Of a stretch of 64,000 nucleotides of DNA, positions 56,397-64,000 are shown piece by piece (the stretch's first letter is position 1; every line of letters begins with the position of its first letter). The translations under genes were made by a program, and so were the position numbers. A model generated the notes under the pieces. It saw only the letters and a program-made list of their open reading frames with translations. It ran no database searches and was not told the origin of the DNA. Origin of the DNA: an uncultured Verrucomicrobiae bacterium (GTDB lineage: Bacteria; Verrucomicrobiota; Verrucomicrobiia; Limisphaerales; Palsa-1400); assembly GCA_963764165.1 (NCBI GenBank), contig CAVXRD010000002.1, positions 1,376,001 to 1,440,000 of the forward strand, given 5' to 3'.

Positions 56397-57500
56397 CTAC
56401 AGCGGTTCCGTCAATGCCGCCACCAGTTCGCTGACCTGCTCCATTGAATGCTGGCTGGAAACGACGAATCGGAAATAGCCGCCCTCTGGGCCGCCGGGAT
56501 ACCGGATGAATGACGGAAATATCTCGCGGGACAAAAGTTTCGCGCGGAATTTTTTTGTCTCGGCGGCTGAAGCTGGCACGATGCTGGCAATCGGGGAAGG
56601 TGTGTTCGCCACCGGACGGCCCACCGCGCGCAAGGCTGATTTAATATAATTGACGTTATGGGTGAGGCGGCAGCGCAATCCTGGATCCTGCCGAAGAATT
56701 TCCATGGAACGCATTGCCGCGAACGCCAGGGGCAGCGGCATGGGTGTGCTGCCAGCGAACATGTGGCTATGACCGGCGAGTTTCGCTTTCGTGCGCGCGT
56801 CGCACAAAATGGCTCCGCCGTAGCATCCGAATGCCTTGCTCAAGGTGATCGCCTGGATGATGCGTTTGCGCGAAACATTGCAATACTCTGGCGTGCCCTT
56901 GCCGGTGGCCCCCAGCAAGCCCGCCGCATGGGCGTCATCGACCAGCAGCATTCCATTGGCAGGCAGGGCTTTGAGATATTGCGGCAGCGGCGCAATTTCG
57001 CCATCGCGCGAAAACATGCCGTCCGTCATGACCAGCGGCCGCGATTTCCCTCCGAGCTTTCGCAGTTTTCTGGCGAGATCAACCGCATCGCGATGTTTGA
57101 AATTCATCACCTTGCCCGCAAAGAACTTCACGGCATCGCGCTGGCTGACATGCGCGTTAGTGTCAATAAGAATGTGCGAAAACTCCCCGCCCAGGGCCTG
57201 AACGACGACCGGGTTCGTCGCATAGCCATTTCCCGTCAGCAAAGCGGCGGGCGCCCCAAAAAATTTGGCCAGCGCACTCTCCAATTCGGTGAACAACGGG
57301 TGATTGCCAGTGGTGATGCGCGAGGCGGCGACGTTCAGGCCGCAGCGATCAAGGCCTTCCTTGACGGCGGATAAAACTTCTGGATGGCTGGCGAGGCGAA
57401 AATAATCGCAACCGGCGAAATAAGAGAGGCGGCGCTCCCGCCAAATGACATACGTGCGGTCAATTTGCCGCAGCTCTTCGTTCATGCCGGTTTGTAACAA
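56397..57500 (-). CDS. 8-amino-7-oxononanoate synthase-like PLP enzyme (class II)
   Basis: DYFRL, GYATN, FKHRD, DGMFSRDG, VDDAH, TLSKAFG. Confidence 0.85.
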   Translation of the reverse strand: MLQTGMNEELRQIDRTYVIWRERRLSYFAGCDYFRLASHPEVLSAVKEGLDRCGLNVAASRITTGNHPLFTELESALAKFFGAPAALLTGNGYATNPVVVQALGGEFSHILIDTNAHVSQRDAVKFFAGKVMNFKHRDAVDLARKLRKLGGKSRPLVMTDGMFSRDGEIAPLPQYLKALPANGMLLVDDAHAAGLLGATGKGTPEYCNVSRKRIIQAITLSKAFGCYGGAILCDARTKAKLAGHSHMFAGSTPMPLPLAFAAMRSMEILRQDPGLRCRLTHNVNYIKSALRAVGRPVANTPSPIASIVPASAAETKKFRAKLLSREIFPSFIRYPGGPEGGYFRFVVSSQHSMEQVSELVAALTEPL

Positions 57501-57542
57501 ATGCGCGACGCCTTGGACAGCCGAAAGCAGGAAGATGGATTA

Positions 57543-57706
57543 AATCTGGAACTCAGGAAATCAGGAAAGGACGCAGGGGTCGCACAACGGGAGCAATGCT
57601 AATTAGGGGAGATATCCGGGCGGCACGTTCAGTCGAATGATCACGGATAAAAATGACGCGCGATATTAATATCAAGTTCTTTTCCTGATTTCCTGAGTTC
57701 CAGATT
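57543..57706. repeat. 164-bp element with perfect 26-bp terminal inverted repeats
   Basis: AATCTGGAACTCAGGAAATCAGGAAA (57543-57568) / TTTCCTGATTTCCTGAGTTCCAGATT (57681-57706). Confidence 0.85.
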
Positions 57707-57868
57707 GAAAATCCCCTCTCCCTCAAATTCCGGTCTCGCACTGGCCTCTTGACCAAAGCGGCTATGTGTGTTTGAGTTTACAGGGTCGCCCCAAAAACGA
57801 GGTATCCGACTGTTGGTTCAAAAAACGGCAAGTCAGAAATGATACGCAGCAACGCCAAATTAAATTCT

Positions 57869-59869
57869 ATGAAACAACTTCAATCGATCCATTCCACTCG
57901 CGGCAAGAAGGTCGCATGCACTGTCTCAGCCGCGGCGCTGATGCTGGGCGTCAGTTCCGCCGCCACCATTGGCCTGCATTTCCAGGAGAATTATTGCGGG
58001 GCCCCTGCCTACTCTGGATATCCAGTGACGCTGACGGCCTTTGGCATCGCCCCCAGCGGTTGGGAGAATCTTCTTCCGATGGACACCGGATATAACGGTT
58101 GCGCGGGCCCCCTCAGTTACATGTTCACGGAACTGATCGATTCCACCACCAGCACAAACGGTCTCAATCCGCTGCCGAACGGCTCCCTGACCGTTACCTG
58201 GTCTGGACCGACGGCAAACTTCGACCCTTTCGCCGGTTACGCTGGCGCGCCTCCCTACTATTATACGCCTGGAGGCCCCCTCCCCACCAACGCGGCTACC
58301 GGCGAAGAGCAGATCTACGCCACTTTCATTCGCGACGGCATTAACTTCGGGCCCGGCAGCTCGGGTGGAGATAATGACCAGCCGGGCTATTTGATTGACG
58401 TGACCGGCCTCAAGAGCTTGTTCACGAATTCGCCGTTCGTGGTCGAGTTGATGGCGTCTGGTGATTCGATTGAAACCCTGACGAATGCGTATATTACTGA
58501 CGTCACAACTTCCACACTGAATATCGTCAGCTACCCGAATATTCCGCCTGTGGACCGTACGGAATCGAGCTCATATTACCAGGGCACCGGCGGCGGCTTG
58601 AGCACAGCCAGCGCTCCGTTGAATACCGATCACATCCAAATCAAGAGCGCACCGCCGGAGCATGAACTTTTTCCCGGCCCCAACCACGCGGGGACGATTT
58701 CCGGATTCATCATCACCGACAAGCCCGTCATTACGATGTCGCCGCAGCCGGTCCCTCTGGCCGGGCCTGGTGACACGATCCAACTGAGCGCCTACGCCAT
58801 CGGCGTGCCGCCGCTGTCGTATCAATGGCAATTAAATGGGGAGTCCCTCGTTGGCGCGACCACGTCGGCTTACACGATCAGCAATTTCTTCAATCCCGGC
58901 ACATTGAGCTTTTCGCTGCAGGTCAGCAACGCTTACGGCATCGCCACCAGCGCGGTTTCGACGGTGACGGGTGATTCGATTCTTTTGAGCAAGACCAACA
59001 ATATTGTCTTCGACAGCAGCAGTTCGAATGCGCAAAATAACGGTTTCAACATCGGATCCACCTGGCTTGCATCGAGCACCGGCAGCAATGGGGTCACGCG
59101 CACCGGCGTGGAAAGCTTCAGTGTCGAAGCGACCAACGGCATTTCTGTCGCGGATGACACGAATTTTGACGGTTCGACCGGCACCATCACGCTGTGGATG
59201 AAATCGCCCGGCACCGATTCGTCCGAGGGCGGACTTTATGGCGGATCATTGTTCTGCCGCGCGACGGGAACTCCTTTGAACGACTTTATCCTGCTGCAGG
59301 CGGATAGCGGACAGGCGCTGTTTTATGGCACGCAAGCCTCTGGCACGAGCGTTCAATCGACATCGACCGTTTCTGATGGCAATTGGCACTTTGTCGCCCT
59401 GACTTTTGACCAGGCGGCCTCGGGCGGGGTGGGTTTGTTTGTGGATGGCACGCTTCAGGCCACCAACGGCAATAGCTCAGCGTGGTCATGGCCAGCTGGC
59501 GCGCCTTTGGAAATTGGCTACACGACAGACACATCGTTTGAGAATTACAGCGGGCAGCTCGATGACGTTCGTTATTACAGCGCTGTGCTGACCCCGAGCC
59601 AAATCGCCCAGGTTTACACCACGGGCGCCGCTGTGGATCCGGCTGCATTGGAATTCGATTTCAACTTCAATACCGCGCCGGGCGCGGGAACAGTTCTTAC
59701 GTGGAAGATAAGTTCGGCTGTGCTGCAATCTGCTCCGGCGTTGAATGGGCCCTGGACGGACCTGCCGGGCGTCACTTCACCGTACACGATCGTCCCATCG
59801 CAATCACAGCAATTCTTCCGTTACCGCTACGTTCCGCAGACGCGGATCAGCAATCCGTATTTGATGTAA
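57869..59869 (+). CDS. secreted/surface protein with Ig-like and LamG-like domains
   Basis: Signal peptide; PVITMSPQ..GVPPLSYQWQLNG..VSNAYG (Ig); DGNWHFVALTF..LFVDG..GQLDDVRYYSAVLT (LamG); LQSAP..GPW..QFFR tail. Confidence 0.82.
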   Translation: MKQLQSIHSTRGKKVACTVSAAALMLGVSSAATIGLHFQENYCGAPAYSGYPVTLTAFGIAPSGWENLLPMDTGYNGCAGPLSYMFTELIDSTTSTNGLNPLPNGSLTVTWSGPTANFDPFAGYAGAPPYYYTPGGPLPTNAATGEEQIYATFIRDGINFGPGSSGGDNDQPGYLIDVTGLKSLFTNSPFVVELMASGDSIETLTNAYITDVTTSTLNIVSYPNIPPVDRTESSSYYQGTGGGLSTASAPLNTDHIQIKSAPPEHELFPGPNHAGTISGFIITDKPVITMSPQPVPLAGPGDTIQLSAYAIGVPPLSYQWQLNGESLVGATTSAYTISNFFNPGTLSFSLQVSNAYGIATSAVSTVTGDSILLSKTNNIVFDSSSSNAQNNGFNIGSTWLASSTGSNGVTRTGVESFSVEATNGISVADDTNFDGSTGTITLWMKSPGTDSSEGGLYGGSLFCRATGTPLNDFILLQADSGQALFYGTQASGTSVQSTSTVSDGNWHFVALTFDQAASGGVGLFVDGTLQATNGNSSAWSWPAGAPLEIGYTTDTSFENYSGQLDDVRYYSAVLTPSQIAQVYTTGAAVDPAALEFDFNFNTAPGAGTVLTWKISSAVLQSAPALNGPWTDLPGVTSPYTIVPSQSQQFFRYRYVPQTRISNPYLM

Positions 59870-59872
59870 AAC

Positions 59873-59910
59873 AAAAAGCCCCCCGGCCGTCTCGCCGGGG
59901 GGCATTTTTT
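59873..59910. terminator. bidirectional intrinsic terminator
   Basis: 10-bp stem GCCCCCCGGC/GCCGGGGGGC flanked by A-run and T-run between convergent genes. Confidence 0.85.
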
Positions 59911-59929
59911 CCAAATGCAAAGTGGGCGG

Positions 59930-61012
<1,083 letters not shown>

Positions 61013-61108
61013 TTACCGAAGTTAATGCTCAAGTTTACGGCTGCCTGCTGGACCGTCAACCCCTAAACGTTCGCGAATTTTGCTTTCCCCCTCTCACTTT
61101 TTGGCGAC

Positions 61109-61143
61109 AAAAAATCGCCGCCTGGCATTTTCCAAGCGGCGAT
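61109..61143 (-). terminator. intrinsic terminator after pilin-like gene
   Basis: ATCGCCGC...GCGGCGAT stem followed on the minus strand by T6. Confidence 0.6.
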
Positions 61144-61194
61144 AAGGAGAATTTTTGCGGGGCGCGCCCGGCAAAATTGAATGGGGGGCCGGTT

Positions 61195-61956
61195 TCAGTA
61201 TAGCGACGCGTAATTGGTGCGGCCCGTCACCGTAATCGCCCACAAATTGTAGGTGGGGCCCAAATCCTGATATTGACGGAGGAAACGGGCGCTGTTGTCG
61301 GCAAACGCGTAGTCCGATCCCTCAAGATGCGTGTTCTGGTTCAATTCTGTCCCGTCATTCCCCTGCTGGATGCCGTTTGTGCTGGTCGCTAATTCCAGCA
61401 AGTCCATATGGTCCTGGCTGGACTTCGGGATCTTTTCTCCAAATATGATCGTGTCGGAAGGAAACTGAATGCGCCCGTCGGGCATCCCTTGAGGATAAGT
61501 GCCCGCCATGTAGGATTGGAAGGTTGTGGGATCGAGCGTCTGGAAGAAGTAATCATTGTCGCCATTGATCATGTAAGTCCGGGGCGCGGAGTCGGCGATA
61601 TACGTTGTGTTAGGATCGCTCCCGGATTGCGGCTTGTTAATGGCGTCGACCGGGCAAACGAGAATGGCGACATTTTTGTAGTAGGGATACAACTGCTGGC
61701 ACCAGCGGTTGGTGCCGCAGCGGGGCGGGAAGAAATTGTTGTTGTCACCGGCGTACATAATGTTGGCGGTGCCCAGCTGCTTCATATTGTTAAGGCAGGA
61801 CATCCGCTGGCCGGCTTGCTTGGCTGTGCTGAGGGCCGGAAGGAGCATGCTGGCGAGAATCGCGATGATGGCGATGACCACCAAAAGTTCAATCAGCGTG
61901 AATGCTGAACACCTGTTCCCTTTTCCGTTTTTAAATTGTGTGGCAATATTCTTCAT
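61195..61956 (-). CDS. prepilin-type N-methylation protein (DUF1559-like)
   Basis: [35 protein letters not shown]-terminal H-X9-DN. Confidence 0.9.
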   Translation of the reverse strand: MKNIATQFKNGKGNRCSAFTLIELLVVIAIIAILASMLLPALSTAKQAGQRMSCLNNMKQLGTANIMYAGDNNNFFPPRCGTNRWCQQLYPYYKNVAILVCPVDAINKPQSGSDPNTTYIADSAPRTYMINGDNDYFFQTLDPTTFQSYMAGTYPQGMPDGRIQFPSDTIIFGEKIPKSSQDHMDLLELATSTNGIQQGNDGTELNQNTHLEGSDYAFADNSARFLRQYQDLGPTYNLWAITVTGRTNYASLY

Positions 61957-62025
61957 ATAATCTGTCAAGCACGAATCCAAAACTAAATCGAATAATCCGC
62001 TCTCTAATCGTGTCATCTTTACTGG

Positions 62026-62457
62026 ATGAATAAAAGAACGGTTTTGCTTGTTTGCGCGGCGTTGGTTCTGGCCGGCGTCTATTATCGCTTCTTCATGGAC
62101 GGACGCAAAAAGCCCGGCATTCAAATTTTCTGCGAAAAATCCCGGGCCGGCATCATGGGCAACAGTGCCTCTCCGAGCCTCATCTTCCGTTTCCCCAACG
62201 CGTGCGCGCTCACTTCTGTCGAGGTGGTGGAGGCCGAAGACGCGCGCACAAATAAATTTCCCCACCCGCTTTGGCACATGGTCGCAGCCGACAAGCCGCC
62301 TAAAACCTCGGCATTTGTGTACGGCGCGCCAATACCCGGGATGAAGCCCGACATTGCCTCCGCGGTGCCCGAGCCGCTTGAATCTGGCAACGAATACTTG
62401 ATAGTCGTCGAATCGGAAAAAAAACTTAAAGGCACCCTGCCGTTTAAGGGGCCATAG
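62026..62457 (+). CDS. hypothetical exported protein
   Basis: N-terminal hydrophobic segment; fills the gap between the pilin gene and a REPIN. Confidence 0.6.
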   Translation: MNKRTVLLVCAALVLAGVYYRFFMDGRKKPGIQIFCEKSRAGIMGNSASPSLIFRFPNACALTSVEVVEAEDARTNKFPHPLWHMVAADKPPKTSAFVYGAPIPGMKPDIASAVPEPLESGNEYLIVVESEKKLKGTLPFKGP

Positions 62458-62475
62458 GCCGCCGTTCGCATTCTC

Positions 62476-62590
62476 GGCAGAGGGGAGACTCTGTCGAGCC
62501 CCGATTGGATTTCCGGGATCGCGGCCAAAATTCCTATGAATGTAACTTGGCTCGGGCGGAAGTTCCGCCTCCCGAGAGTCTCGCCCCGCC
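62476..62590. repeat. family-E REPIN with mini-hairpin inserted in the right arm
   Basis: GAGACTCTGTCGAGCC ... GGCTCG[GGCGGAAGTTCCGCCTCCCG]AGAGTCTCGCCC; compare 26528-26608. Confidence 0.8.
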
Positions 62591-62669
62591 GGGGGCGCTG
62601 ACCAGAAAGTTTCTTGCGCCCGCCGCAAAGCTGAGTTTAGATTCCTGAGCCAGCGAAGGAAGAGACTTT

Positions 62670-63977
62670 ATGCCGCAAAAAGCACGCATGTCGGTAAACG
62701 CAAGCAACGTCCTCTCCGTCATCATGGGTGGAGGCCAGGGCACGCGCCTGTTCCCATTAACCCGCGAGCGCAGCAAACCCGCCGTGCCCCTGGCGGGAAA
62801 GTACCGGCTGGTGGACATTCCCATTTCCAACTGCATCAACTCCGGCCTGCGCCGCATATATCTTCTCACGCAGTTCAACTCCGCTTCGCTGCACCGCCAC
62901 ATATCGCAGTCATATAAATTCGACCAGTTCACCGGCGGCTTCGTTGAAATATTGGCGGCCGAGCAAACTTTTTCAGACACGTCCTGGTATCAGGGCACGG
63001 CGGACGCGGTGCGGAAAAATCTCCTTCATTTTCTGAATCACGATTACGACTACTTGCTGATTCTCAGCGGCGACCAGCTATACAGGATGGATTTTCGCGG
63101 AATCATTGCCGAGCACGCGGAATCGGATGCGGACATCACCGTTGCAACCATTCCTATCCCTAGGAAAGAGGCGAGCGCCTTTGGCATCATGCAAATCGAT
63201 TCGTCCAAACGCATTCACCGCTTTGTCGAGAAACCCAAAGACCCCGCGGTGCTGGACTCGCTGCGCGTGGATGCCGCCATCCAAAAGCAGTTCAATTTGG
63301 ATCCGAAGGAGGATCATTTGCTGGCCTCCATGGGCATCTACCTGTTCAACCGCGAGGTGGTGCTCAAGCTGTTGGACAATACACACACTGATTTCGGCAA
63401 GCACATCATTCCCGGGGCCATTGACACCCACAAAGTGCAAGCCCTGATTTTCCAAGGCTATTGGGAGGACGTTGGAACAATCCGCTCGTATTTCGAGGCG
63501 AACCTGGATTTGGTTTCGGACCTGCCGCGATTCAATTTCTTTGACATGAGCGCGCCCATCTTCACCCGACCCCGCTTCCTGCCCGCTTCGAAAATCAATT
63601 CGGCGGAAATCGATCACGGCGTCATTTCGGACGGATGCATCATTAACCGCTCGCATGTCAATCATAGCATTGTCGGCGTGCGCAGCGTGATTGACGAAGG
63701 CGCAAGCCTGCACCGCACCATCCTGCTGGGCTGCGACTATTATGAATCGGACGTTTCGATCCGCGAGCACGCCGAGCGCGGGCTGCCCAAGATCGGCGTT
63801 GGCCGCGGCACGGTGATCGAGAATGCGATTATTGACAAGAATGCGCGCATTGGGGCCAATTGCCGCATCTCGCCCGCAGGCAAGCCCGAGAACGTCGATC
63901 ACCCGCTCTATTACATTCGCGATGGCATCGTCATCGTTCCCAAGAACGGAATCATTCCCGATGGGACGATTATTTGA
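62670..63977 (+). CDS. glgC: glucose-1-phosphate adenylyltransferase
   Basis: GGGQGTRLFPLT, KPAVP, WYQGTADAV, FVEKP, ASMGIY, DFGK, YWEDVGT. Confidence 0.97.
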   Translation: MPQKARMSVNASNVLSVIMGGGQGTRLFPLTRERSKPAVPLAGKYRLVDIPISNCINSGLRRIYLLTQFNSASLHRHISQSYKFDQFTGGFVEILAAEQTFSDTSWYQGTADAVRKNLLHFLNHDYDYLLILSGDQLYRMDFRGIIAEHAESDADITVATIPIPRKEASAFGIMQIDSSKRIHRFVEKPKDPAVLDSLRVDAAIQKQFNLDPKEDHLLASMGIYLFNREVVLKLLDNTHTDFGKHIIPGAIDTHKVQALIFQGYWEDVGTIRSYFEANLDLVSDLPRFNFFDMSAPIFTRPRFLPASKINSAEIDHGVISDGCIINRSHVNHSIVGVRSVIDEGASLHRTILLGCDYYESDVSIREHAERGLPKIGVGRGTVIENAIIDKNARIGANCRISPAGKPENVDHPLYYIRDGIVIVPKNGIIPDGTII

Positions 63978-64000
63978 CGGCTGTTTGGCGGCAGGCATGG

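Overview
GC-rich bacterial chromosomal window. Gene content (N-methylation pilin-like proteins, planctomycete-type cytochrome c, Gfo/Idh/MocA and HEAT/FG-GAP proteins) suggests a Verrucomicrobia/PVC-type organism; this is inference. It carries about 60 mostly housekeeping or accessory CDS (ECF sigma/anti-sigma, GspF/PilC module, hisF, scpAB, pheA, birA, nadC, two ABC transporters, pabB, udgX, glpK, radC, gap, glgC, two PIN-type TA pairs) and one tRNA-Glu(CUC). The main non-genic signal is a dense set of palindromic REP/REPIN-like repeats of at least five families, parasitised by other elements. Two near-identical 1683-bp IS1182-family copies and a 138-bp non-autonomous MITE all sit at the same nucleotide of the loop of the GGTAGGGACGCCTCGCCGAGGCGTCC REP, in the same orientation, with a 4-bp CGCC duplication. 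Other REP loops carry nested mini-insertions, and REPs appear to be absorbed in frame into cleavable leader peptides and to donate stop codons. Also notable: a lipoprotein-pilin fusion gene broken at a C7 tract, a tandem pair of secreted M48-like proteins lacking HExxH, a structure-rich intergenic region beside radC, and many apparently leaderless promoters. No CRISPR array, rRNA or prophage was seen. All calls were made by eye without database searches.
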